This document shows positions 9,785-18,727 of a stretch of DNA of 64,000 nt, in pieces. Position numbers and translations under genes: made by a program. The stretch comes from Blastocatellia bacterium (GTDB taxonomy: Bacteria > Acidobacteriota > Blastocatellia > UBA7656), in the NCBI GenBank assembly GCA_963765495.1, contig CAVXWP010000001.1:1-64000 (forward strand). The letters run 5' to 3'. The notes below the pieces were generated by a model. It had not been told where the DNA came from. It worked only from the letters and a program-made list of their open reading frames with translations, and did not search any database. Positions within the stretch are counted from its first letter, which is position 1. Each line of letters begins with the position of its first letter.

Positions 9785-10039
9785 AGCCTCTTTCAGACCA
9801 CAAGGCAGCTTTCGAAGACTTGTCTGTTGTAGATTTAGAATCGGGTAAGGAGTTACGCATGTGAAGTAAGGCTTCATCGAAAACCAGAAATTGAGCATGT
9901 AATGTTGCTGACATGTTTTGGATTCTTCGTTCAAATGTGTAACTCCTTATCGATATGTTCCCGAAGGATATTTCAATAACGCTACAACGATCGATAGATC
10001 ATATCCTTGAGTTATTAGGAAAGGCAGGGCAACGCTTAA

Positions 10040-11872
10040 ATGAAAAATAAAAGATTTTCCGCATTACACATAACTATTTCCTTGTCGCTCATTATGAATC
10101 TTTTTGCTTGTTTCACGGCAAGGGGCCAAAATCCGTCCCCTGATAAAGAGCCTAAAGCTAAGGAACAAAAAAAACGGACCTCAGAAGATATGATTCGCTG
10201 GCAGCTTATGCTGGACCAGTTGCTTCAGGAAGGCAAAACATTATTACCCGAACAATCCCGGCCCTTTGCGCTTGCACGGATTGCTGACACTTATTGGATA
10301 ATAGATAGAGATAAGGCGGAGGAAGTTTTTATCATGGCTTTAGAGACAGCTATTTCCCTAAAGTCTGATGCCACGGATTCCAGTTCCGCAATCCGTAATG
10401 TGTTATCGCTTGCCGCAAGAAATGACGCCTCTTTGGCCAAGCGTTTAATTGATCGTCTTCAGGATGCTCGATCTAAAGAGAATGAGAAAGGAACCGAACC
10501 CTTACAGGTTGCTATTGATCTGCTCTCTTTTGACGCGCAACGAGCGGCAGAGATGGCTCGGGCCAGCGCGCCCATTGGATTGTCAGATGATTCGGCCGGT
10601 TTCTTTATTCTTAAACTCGCTCAATCTGATCTTTCTGCAGCCGAAAGCGTTTACCGAGCATATCTAACCCGATTTGTTTCGTCTTCCGATGCTGATCTTG
10701 GGTCGTTACTTTGGCTTGCTGGGTTCCCGTTCGGATATGGAGAATCATACGGGTTTATGGCAGGTAATCCCTATCGAATGAATGGTATTGGGGGAATGCG
10801 CATACAGGGACTCATTTCCAATCCGAATTTGGCGGCGGCGTTTCTTGATTCTGCCCTCCCGTTTATTCAAAAAGCGATTGCTGAAGCTTCTTCCTCTACG
10901 CCGGAAAAAGACGACCGCCTCGCATATCTGGCATTGTTTGCGACTACGTATCTGTTGCCCGAGGTGGCAAGATACCGCTCAGGTGCCTTTCAGGTTTGGC
11001 GGGAATTAAATCAGCAAGCCCTGTCCGCAACGTCCGTAGCACGGCAACAGGAAGTAATGAACCAAATACAAAGAGTCCTCCAGAATCGCTCACGCGCAAA
11101 TGAAAATGATAGATCTCCTCAATCCCACATCGAACAACAGATAGAAAGCTATCTACAAGAGGCCGAGAATTCCGTGGGATGCAATAAGGACCGCCTTTAT
11201 GCCAAGGCAGCGCTTAGTATTTGTTATAAGAAGGATTTTGCCCAGGCACTTGCCATCGCCACTAAGATTGATACGACTTCTCTTAAAGAGAGCGTCCGAC
11301 AGTACATTAATTATAGTATGTCTGCTTATGCGGTCGAATCGAAGAACTTCGATGACGCAAGGGTTTATGCTGAACGCGTTGAATCACCTGAGCAGCGTTC
11401 GCTTTTATACGTAAAAATCGCAAGAGCTGCCTTGCGCGATAAGGACCGGGTTTTCGCAACACAGTCATTAATAGAAGCAAGAAAACTCGCAGAACATGTC
11501 TCGGACCCTAAAGCACAAGCAGGTATTCTGCTCACAACTTCCACAGCCTTTTCCTCTTTAGATCCAATAGAAACGTTCAATACCCTCAAAGATTCTATAA
11601 AGGCAGTAAATCGTACGAAGAATCTGGACATTGACAGCTTTCGCGTATTGCGAAGGGTGAACCTTTCTTGTTCCGGTGAGGATTATACCTGGTATGGTGG
11701 ATATGATCAGCCGGAAGAAATTAGCCTGACTAAAACATTAGGATCATATTCTGAGTCAGATATTGAAGGGGCGATTCTAATGGCTCAAACCTTAGAGGAT
11801 CCCGAAATTAGGATTCGGGTGCTTACTTCAATAATAAAAAGGGATATCCAAAAAGCTGAACGCACAAGTTGA
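10040..11872 (+). CDS. Secreted all-alpha (TPR/HEAT-like) hypothetical protein
   Basis: Sec-type signal peptide; Ala/Leu-rich helical repeats such as 'FDDARVYAERVESPEQRSLLYVKIARAAL'. Confidence 0.7.
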   Translation: MKNKRFSALHITISLSLIMNLFACFTARGQNPSPDKEPKAKEQKKRTSEDMIRWQLMLDQLLQEGKTLLPEQSRPFALARIADTYWIIDRDKAEEVFIMALETAISLKSDATDSSSAIRNVLSLAARNDASLAKRLIDRLQDARSKENEKGTEPLQVAIDLLSFDAQRAAEMARASAPIGLSDDSAGFFILKLAQSDLSAAESVYRAYLTRFVSSSDADLGSLLWLAGFPFGYGESYGFMAGNPYRMNGIGGMRIQGLISNPNLAAAFLDSALPFIQKAIAEASSSTPEKDDRLAYLALFATTYLLPEVARYRSGAFQVWRELNQQALSATSVARQQEVMNQIQRVLQNRSRANENDRSPQSHIEQQIESYLQEAENSVGCNKDRLYAKAALSICYKKDFAQALAIATKIDTTSLKESVRQYINYSMSAYAVESKNFDDARVYAERVESPEQRSLLYVKIARAALRDKDRVFATQSLIEARKLAEHVSDPKAQAGILLTTSTAFSSLDPIETFNTLKDSIKAVNRTKNLDIDSFRVLRRVNLSCSGEDYTWYGGYDQPEEISLTKTLGSYSESDIEGAILMAQTLEDPEIRIRVLTSIIKRDIQKAERTS

Positions 11873-11919
11873 ATACTAGGTAAGTATCAAGGTCATCCGA
11901 ATCAATTCCGCCAATGGCA

Positions 11920-12270
11920 TAATCTGATTCTTGAACAGATGGATTCGCCCTTCGATAAGAACAGTCAAGCAGCCGACTGCGCCCGCTCCATCTTGGATCA
12001 AGACGATGCGACGATCACTTTGCGCCAACACTTGCATCAGGAATTGTTGATAACTGACCGAGGTTTATCGCGATTGCGTGGCTTGCGAAAAGAATTTGCC
12101 GGTGAAGTAGTCGATCAGGCCGAAGACTTTATAGGACTTGCGTTTGCCTGAGGTTTTGACTTGCGGTTGCAGGCCACGCCGTGACCAGGTGTAGGAGAGC
12201 GTCCCCCATTGCGGAAAACTCGCTTCATCGCCCAACAAGAGATAGGCGTTTTGTTGGCGCGCCAATGCAA
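11920..12270 (-). mobile_element. IS630-family transposase remnant (DDE region)
   Basis: 'LLLGDEASFPQWGTLSYTWSRRGLQPQVKTSGKRKSYKVFGLIDY'; ORF interrupted. Confidence 0.75.
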
Positions 12271-12555
12271 GCGCCTGGGCAAAGGTTTCTTACTGCATCA
12301 CCTCGTGGAAAAAAACTATATTTGGATTGGGCCTTAGAAAGTAAAGGCGGAGTTAATATCAATGATATTAAGGGAATACTCCAAGGAGAATATCTAAAAT
12401 ACACATTTGCAGAGAGAACGATTTCTGGAGCAAGCATAATTGATTTCATACCAGCCATAGGAGTAATTGCATACAAGTATGTGCATAACGGGACAATATC
12501 AGAAATAGACATGAAATTGATAGAAATTAAGCATTCAAGTAATAGATGGCACTGA
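12270..12555 (+). pseudogene. 3' part of an AT-rich gene-cassette ORF, 5' end lost at the IS630 remnant
   Basis: Open frame ends in TGA at 12555 immediately before attC; the 5' part of ORF 12181-12555 is IS sequence. Confidence 0.55.
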
Positions 12556-12642
12556 GCCTAACTGCTCATTCCAGCGGACGCGCTTCCCAACTTCTCGTTT
12601 GCATCGGGGGCCACAGCGCGCCGGTTATCTCCGTCGTTAGGC
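12556..12642 (+). repeat. Integron attC site 1
   Basis: GCCTAAC ... GTTAGGC (R''/R' boxes), 87 bp, imperfect palindrome, directly follows a stop codon. Confidence 0.85.
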
Positions 12643-12696
12643 CTACCATGGCACATCGCAGATACAACCGGATTCAGTGAATACACAAACGATTCC

Positions 12697-12726
12697 TTGA
12701 CCTTATGAGTCACTCAGAGTTAATTT
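12697..12726 (+). promoter_or_regulatory. Cassette-internal promoter with palindromic operator for the TA pair
   Basis: TTGACC-18 bp-TAATTT with TGAGT-C-ACTCA palindrome (12706-12716) in the spacer; ATG lies 6 nt after the -10 box and no SD is visible (probably leaderless). Confidence 0.45.
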
Positions 12727-12732
12727 CAATCT

Positions 12733-12957
12733 ATGAGTTATCAAGACTTCATCACAATTGATCCCGGTAAGCGGGGCGGTAAACCTTGCATTCGTGGCCT
12801 TCGCATTACAGTTCAGGATGTGCTCGATTATCTTGCCTCAGGCATGTCTATAGAAGAAATTCTCGACGATTTCCCTGATTTGACACGTAATGATATCCAA
12901 GCTTGTTTGGCTTTTGCAGCAGATCGAGAACGCAAGTTGATGACAATACCAGCGTGA
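12733..12957 (+). CDS. DUF433-family antitoxin
   Basis: 'ITIDPGKRGGKPCIRGLRITVQDVLDYLASGMSIEEILDDFPDLTRNDIQACLAFAA'. Confidence 0.92.
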   Translation: MSYQDFITIDPGKRGGKPCIRGLRITVQDVLDYLASGMSIEEILDDFPDLTRNDIQACLAFAADRERKLMTIPA

Positions 12958-13286
12958 AACTCCTCTTTGACGAAAACATTTCTCATAAACTTATTCGGTC
13001 ATTGGGCGACTTATTCCCTGATTCCGAACACCCGCGAAATATTGGGTTGAAAGGCTCAGATGATCGAGTTATTTGGGACTATGCAAAGGCCAACAATTTT
13101 GTCATTGTCTCAAAAGACTCAGATTTCTATCAGCGTGGCCTGTTGTTTGGACATCCACCAAAGGTAATCTGGATACGACGGGGAAACTGCTCGACTAAAG
13201 CGATTGAATTGATCTTGCGTAATCATTATTTAGATATTGAGAGATTTTACAAAGATGTTAACGAGGTAGTCTTGATCCTGCTATAA
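12954..13286 (+). CDS. DUF5615 PIN-like toxin (VapC45-like)
   Basis: GTG start overlapping the antitoxin stop; 'KLLFDENIS', 'DDRVIWDYA', 'IVSKDSDF', 'PPKVIWIRRGN'. Confidence 0.9.
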   Translation: MKLLFDENISHKLIRSLGDLFPDSEHPRNIGLKGSDDRVIWDYAKANNFVIVSKDSDFYQRGLLFGHPPKVIWIRRGNCSTKAIELILRNHYLDIERFYKDVNEVVLILL

Positions 13287-13324
13287 ACTCAAAGAGAAGA
13301 AAGAGTATGGGCTCAACGACTCTA

Positions 13325-13410
13325 GCCTAACTGCTCATTCCAGCGGACGCGCTTCCCAACTTCTCGTTTGCATCGGAGGCCACGGCGCGCCGCTGAATTC
13401 GGCGTTAGGC
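13325..13410 (+). repeat. Integron attC site 2
   Basis: GCCTAAC ... GTTAGGC, 86 bp; first ~50 bp identical to attC1. Confidence 0.85.
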
Positions 13411-13556
13411 TCGCTCGCTGGGGCGGCATATCTTGGTTTGGATCATACTGCGAGATTCTTTTTCCTCCACTTATTGATGGGATTTGATTGAATATAATCC
13501 TTCTTGCACTTAAAATCAGATTTCGTTTTGGAGTCTATATCGATTGATCTACCGCC

Positions 13557-14120
13557 ATGACCGATCATTGGCAGAAAAAAGAGAGCTTGGACAAACATTC
13601 GCGCATAACTCTTCTCACTCTTCTTCGTAAGGAGATCGATGCCTTACGCGTGGTGAAATGCCGCATGGCTCACGAGCAAGTTGTCAGGTCAACCGACACG
13701 ATGCAACCTCAATTTAGTCAACAATTCCCGAATAGCTTTGAGCGAGTTGGCCTTTGCAGCCCAGAAGTCCGAGCAGAAAGACTCGGTTGTAGCCACACTA
13801 TGTCTCGGACCAAGTTAGATCGAGCCCTTGATGAGTTGGATTCAGCCATAGCAGAGCATCTTAGAGCTGAGTTGAGTAGAGTTACGGATGAGATTCACTT
13901 ACTCGATCACAGAAAGGGACATGCAGAAGCCAATAAGGCTAGAATCGAACTTAATATGAGAAGCCAGTGTGAAGAAGGGGTGAATGGAGAGTTATTGAAG
14001 GCGTCGAACAAGATCAACCAGTTGGAGCAAGAACATGATGAGTATGTAGAAAGAGTAGGAGAGTTGAAGGAAAGAATACTTCAAGAGCTAGAAAAGAAGA
14101 TTATGCAGAATATCCGATGA
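13557..14120 (+). CDS. Hypothetical coiled-coil protein (possible third cassette)
   Basis: 187 aa ORF after attC2; heptad-rich C-terminus 'SNKINQLEQEHDEYVERVGELKERILQELEKK'. Confidence 0.55.
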   Translation: MTDHWQKKESLDKHSRITLLTLLRKEIDALRVVKCRMAHEQVVRSTDTMQPQFSQQFPNSFERVGLCSPEVRAERLGCSHTMSRTKLDRALDELDSAIAEHLRAELSRVTDEIHLLDHRKGHAEANKARIELNMRSQCEEGVNGELLKASNKINQLEQEHDEYVERVGELKERILQELEKKIMQNIR

Positions 14121-14135
14121 AGTAGAGAATGGCTG

Positions 14136-14279
14136 CAGCAATTCTCGGTTTAGAGGAAATCGCACCGGGATATACCACGAAACAGACTAAATACACGAAT
14201 AATTCTTCTATTTCGTGTGCTTCGTGTATTTCGTGGTTCACTTCTTGTTAAGACAGAATTTCTAAACCGAGAATTGCTG
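14136..14279. repeat. MITE-like element: perfect 19-bp terminal inverted repeats enclosing a REP-like palindrome
   Basis: CAGCAATTCTCGGTTTAGA at 14136-14154 and its reverse complement at 14261-14279; internal ACCACGAAA...TTTCGTGGT hairpin at 14174-14237. Confidence 0.65.
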
Positions 14280-14597
14280 GCAAAGAGCCGAACTCTCCTT
14301 TAAGGGTCTTGCGAGACTTGCCGTTACGAGAATTGCCAGAGTTTTTGCCCAAAGGTGAGTGCTTCTCATAGCCGAGATGATGGGAGAGTTCGGCATTTAG
14401 AGCGCGTTGGAGAACGGCCTTTGTAAGCTGTTTAAGAAGGCCATTTTCGCCAGGGACATCCTCAGGAGATTTGTAATCAACAAGCAATTGGTCAATCAGG
14501 TCAATATTGATAGCAGTTGAATCTTTAGTCCTAGAACCTCCATTAGAGTTTTCACTCTACAAGTCTATGACCGTTTACACAAAAGTTTTACACCCTC
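14280..14597 (-). mobile_element. IS256-family 5' remnant with left terminal repeat
   Basis: 'GENGLLKQLTKAVLQRALNAELSHHLGYEKH...NSRNGKSRKTLKGEFG'; minus-strand terminus GAGGGTGTAAAACTTTTGTGTAAACGG. Confidence 0.85.
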
Positions 14598-14767
14598 GAC
14601 CAACTCAATACTCAGGTTAAGTTAGCCCCTCGACCATCAGTGGTAACTGAACCGTGAGGTCAGCATCTCTTTTCTTTCGCCGATACGCCGAACCCGGCAG
14701 CAGAATCGCCCTGATATAAAATTTGCACAAAGGCTTCGAAGGCAGGGAGTTGACTTTCATAGGTCAA

Positions 14768-17700
14768 TTATACGTCCCACTCATATCTTTTTCTGAGCTT
14801 CTCTTTTTCGCGCAGCAGGCCGAGAACCCGGAATTTCGATAGTCGCGCGATTTCTTGAGGAGGTATAAAGCTTCTAATCTGGTTGTTCTTCCTTCCTGCC
14901 GAGATGCTCTCCTTAAGACATTTTTCCACCGTAAGGGCTTCCTTTTGCATATACCGGAAAAACTGCATTCTTAAATGCTCTTTACGTGTGTAGAACCCGT
15001 CTTCGTGGGTTGCGGAATGAATGGCTTGGTGCGTCTTATGATGCAGTATGGATTCGAAGAGAGTGAAGTAGACCTCTGATTCGTCTGCTCTCAGACCCTC
15101 GACTAACTTCTGCATCTTATCGTCCTTCAGACTGAGAAGTAGTTGAGGCCTCTTGCCGTCTTTTAGATAACCTATCACCACATCTTGCACGGAAGATGGG
15201 TAGACATAGCTCATTCTCAGTTTCGGAAGATTAAGGCTTTCGCTCAGAAGCGCGTCAACCTTCTTCGCTGCATCCAGGAACAGGGAGTAGTTCTGACCAA
15301 CACACGCGTACTCGACCACACGACGCAGCCTTTCTTCATCAATCTGTACTCTGCCAACCACTTCATCTATGCTACCCGTCACCAGTTTTGTTAGGGATTT
15401 GGCCACAAAACTAAATCCCGCCCGCAGAGCAGAGGTTATCGCACGGATAACCGAGCCGAGAATGTCGGTTACCCCTCCATGTTCTTTCCACCACTGCTCC
15501 CACGCTCTCCTTCGGTTTTCTTTCCTCTCAAGTTTCCTCGCTTTATCTTGCCGCTCTTTTTCCTCCAACCTCTTCCTTAACACTTCCGCCTCTATCCTTC
15601 TCGCCTCCTCTCGCAACTTGAAGGCTGCCTGCCTCTCTTCCTCACGCGCCTTTCTGCGTTTTTCTCTTCGCTCCTTTCGTTCTTTCCACCAATCCTTTTG
15701 CTCAGCCCTATAACTTCTGAAGACATCGGCCAGCGCAGGAGGCAGATTCGGTAGCTTGGCCAGACTCCTCAAGACCCGCCACACCACTTTTTCCCAGAGG
15801 TATCTGGGAAGATAATAGAAAGCGACTTTCGCTAAAAAGATAAGCCCGTACACCAGCCCAAAAAGCGCGTAGAAAGGGCTGAGAGCAAGATATTTGACGG
15901 CAGGCTTTGCTCTTTCATCCAGGAACTTGACAACTTTCTGATACGCTACCGTTTTCGCATACGGATTTGGAATGCTCGAGTAGCAGGCACTCAGCGCAAT
16001 TTGCAAAAGTCCAAGACCGGAGATCAAGTATGCAAACCTTAGCATAGCCAGCATGATTTTAATCACTGCATCCAGTCTTTCCTCGATCCCTGCTGGATCA
16101 TATCTCTGGCCAATCTCTTGCCGCATGGGTTCAAGCATGGAAATAATGGTATTTATCACCGGATGATGGATATCAACGAAATAATCGCCCGCGTGGACCT
16201 TATCCTGCCTTTCTTTAACATGTCTGATCTTGTTCTCTACATAGAGATCGATCAACTCTTCTATCGAAATCCGTACGTGATTTCCCGGTACGCGATCGCT
16301 CTCCACGTGCCAGGATCTGTAGAAAACATCAGGGCTGATTTCGCAGATTGTGGCATTAAATACCTTCTTGATAATGATGTCGTGCAAAAACGTGCTCGTC
16401 TCAAAGTGGGATTTGTATCTATTTACGATTTCAGCCTTCCTTTTTTCAATGGCCCGCTGTTTCTTTTCTTCGATACTCTTCCTCCAACCGACCTTCTCTT
16501 CGTAGATTACCGAAGCACTGCTCAAGAGAGCATGTATTCCTTTTCCGGTCATGAAGATCGGGTAAAGAGGCAAAAGGATAACCCGTCCAATGGAACGTGC
16601 TATCGTCCGAGGCTGTAACCCAATCAACCGCAATGCCCTGGATGCGATGTAGCCTGGAACGAACAGGACTAGCGTAGCCGCCCATCCGAGCACTAAGTAA
16701 GCTATCGTATCCCTATACTGCACTGGTACTAACGTCAAATTTTCAACTATAAAGCGTTTAGCGTCCTCGGCTGTGGAGAGGGCTCTTTCTTTTGCCTTAA
16801 AGAGTGACTGGCCGACTCTATCAAGCGGTATCGGTTTCTCTGATGTTTGATTTGTGCCCACTTGGCCGGAATCTTTCGCCGTGTCTTCGGGTGCCGTCCG
16901 GGTTGATGGGGGCGGCCCCTGCTGACTCGTTTCGGCTTTCGCAGTTGCGTCAGGTTTCACCTCATGGCCGTGTTCGGAATCTTTCGCCTCGGTCTGTGGT
17001 GATGCTTTGCCCCGTGGATACGCCTGGGTCTGAGATGGAGGTTTCTCTTCCATTTTTGCCTCCTGCTCAGGTCCCCGCAAACCCTCATCATCGGTCGGCT
17101 GTTTGGCTGACCCGGAGTTGTTTTTTGGAGTCTGTAAAGCTTGCTGTGGAGCATCCTTTTCTTCAGGCTCTGATTGCGATGCTAAGGGAGCACGTATCCT
17201 GGGAATCAACTCGCTCGGATAGAATTTGATCCCGCCATAGACGGCCAGCCCAACCATGCTTGCAACCGCCAATCGCTTCGCTAAGGTCTTGTAGTTGATG
17301 GATGCTCCCGCCTTGATGACGGCAACTACCAGAGAGTAGAGCAGCAGCAGAATATAACGCACGAGCTTAACAGGTGCCGTCACGATGAACTTGACGACGG
17401 CATAGACACCTTTTGCCATCTTCTCGATGGTCGGCAGGGTGGCCGAGAGGAAACGTCTTTTAATTCTATACTGTTGCACCATCCTGGAACGCGCATGATC
17501 GAGGTACTTACCTGATCTGAGTATATTGCTAATACCCTGCTCCAGTATTTTGGATGAATGATAGAGAATTTCGTCGTCCGTGATTATAGATTCAAGGAAG
17601 AGGCTCCTGAATGCGACATACGACGCGTCGAGCACCTCGACCGCATGCTCAGGGAGGAGGTCATTTCTGCCCATCGTCAGCCCCACAGTATCAGGAATCT

Positions 17701-18727
17701 GTATCCAGAAATCGAGCCCCATATTGAGCAAGTCCTCTAGCAGCCTCCCCTGGATTGTTGAGCCATGAAAAGGGTTTGAGCCGTACTTCACGAACAACCC
17801 TGACTGAGTGTAGACGATCTGTTGGAGATTCTTGTCCCTTTGGCCGAAGCGCTCGTCGTCGCTGACGCCTCGCATTGCACGCTTGGAGAATGAGAATATA
17901 AGCGGCTTTTTTTCTCCATCAATGGTAACTTCGGACGGATGGCCGGTCAGGTACGCCGTGGAAAGAATATTGATGGGGATATCATCGAGAAAAATCTGCG
18001 CCTGCCTCGGATCTACATAGCCTGCGTACTTTGAAAGTTGATTCCTGAGATTGTCCCGGTTCATCCCCTTTATGCTGAGTGGGATGTATAGAGTCACCTC
18101 AGTCCCCTCATCCATCTCCGCCTCATTCTCACTCACAAGCGCTTCGGGCATATGCTGTTTCTCTCGAATGAGAACCTGCGCGACTTTGGCGGTGCCTCGC
18201 TTTTTCGAACGGACCTTTACCAGATCCGAAATGCCTATTACGGAGAACCATCCGATACCATGCTCGCCGATCTTATGAAGATCGTTTTCCTTCGTAGTGT
18301 TATAGGGAATAAGAAGGAAATTAACGAGATCACCAACAGACATCCCCATCCCGTAATCGCGTGCTTGCAGAATCAGGTGGGCGTCCGTCTCAGTAACATA
18401 GAAATTGAGTATCCGGCGAGCATCTCCGAGCGCGTACGAATCAACACCGTTCTGCGTCAATTCTCTCAGGGCGGCGGCGCTATCGCCGAATTGCTGATAG
18501 GCGGCTTTTCTCGCAATATCATCGTACATCTTCGGAGATGTAGCTCTCTGCCTCGTCTCCTGGATAATCCGCGCAATCTGGTCGAAGTCGATACCATTTG
18601 AGAAATATTGCAGGAAATCAGCAAACTGTTCGTCTCCTTCAACCATCTGCACCATCGTAAGATCGGCTATCTTGATTGGCGGTATCTGTTCAGCATTCTT
18701 GAGTTCCTGGTATAACTGGTTACTCAT
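14768..18727 (-). CDS. Large membrane protein with Hsp90-like GHKL ATPase, TM segments, Pro/Glu-rich loop, charged coiled coil and C-terminal His-rich (zincin-like) motif
   Basis: 'LRELTQNGVDS', 'RDYGMGMS', 'IGEHGIGWFS', 'GTEVTL'; 'GLTMGRNDL'; several hydrophobic helices; C-terminal 'ILHHKTHQAIHSATHEDGF'. Confidence 0.8.
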   Translation of the reverse strand: MSNQLYQELKNAEQIPPIKIADLTMVQMVEGDEQFADFLQYFSNGIDFDQIARIIQETRQRATSPKMYDDIARKAAYQQFGDSAAALRELTQNGVDSYALGDARRILNFYVTETDAHLILQARDYGMGMSVGDLVNFLLIPYNTTKENDLHKIGEHGIGWFSVIGISDLVKVRSKKRGTAKVAQVLIREKQHMPEALVSENEAEMDEGTEVTLYIPLSIKGMNRDNLRNQLSKYAGYVDPRQAQIFLDDIPINILSTAYLTGHPSEVTIDGEKKPLIFSFSKRAMRGVSDDERFGQRDKNLQQIVYTQSGLFVKYGSNPFHGSTIQGRLLEDLLNMGLDFWIQIPDTVGLTMGRNDLLPEHAVEVLDASYVAFRSLFLESIITDDEILYHSSKILEQGISNILRSGKYLDHARSRMVQQYRIKRRFLSATLPTIEKMAKGVYAVVKFIVTAPVKLVRYILLLLYSLVVAVIKAGASINYKTLAKRLAVASMVGLAVYGGIKFYPSELIPRIRAPLASQSEPEEKDAPQQALQTPKNNSGSAKQPTDDEGLRGPEQEAKMEEKPPSQTQAYPRGKASPQTEAKDSEHGHEVKPDATAKAETSQQGPPPSTRTAPEDTAKDSGQVGTNQTSEKPIPLDRVGQSLFKAKERALSTAEDAKRFIVENLTLVPVQYRDTIAYLVLGWAATLVLFVPGYIASRALRLIGLQPRTIARSIGRVILLPLYPIFMTGKGIHALLSSASVIYEEKVGWRKSIEEKKQRAIEKRKAEIVNRYKSHFETSTFLHDIIIKKVFNATICEISPDVFYRSWHVESDRVPGNHVRISIEELIDLYVENKIRHVKERQDKVHAGDYFVDIHHPVINTIISMLEPMRQEIGQRYDPAGIEERLDAVIKIMLAMLRFAYLISGLGLLQIALSACYSSIPNPYAKTVAYQKVVKFLDERAKPAVKYLALSPFYALFGLVYGLIFLAKVAFYYLPRYLWEKVVWRVLRSLAKLPNLPPALADVFRSYRAEQKDWWKERKERREKRRKAREEERQAAFKLREEARRIEAEVLRKRLEEKERQDKARKLERKENRRRAWEQWWKEHGGVTDILGSVIRAITSALRAGFSFVAKSLTKLVTGSIDEVVGRVQIDEERLRRVVEYACVGQNYSLFLDAAKKVDALLSESLNLPKLRMSYVYPSSVQDVVIGYLKDGKRPQLLLSLKDDKMQKLVEGLRADESEVYFTLFESILHHKTHQAIHSATHEDGFYTRKEHLRMQFFRYMQKEALTVEKCLKESISAGRKNNQIRSFIPPQEIARLSKFRVLGLLREKEKLRKRYEWDV

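Noticed and set aside
9845-9900. SD-like AAGGAG followed by ATG-TGA after peptide 2 as a third, pseudogenised peptide copy
   Set aside because: The downstream sequence shows no hydrophobic leader or Cys pattern
12556-13410. Two near-identical ~86-bp repeats considered as a CRISPR array
   Set aside because: Too long, only two copies, separated by 680 bp of coding DNA, and bounded by attC R boxes; no cas genes
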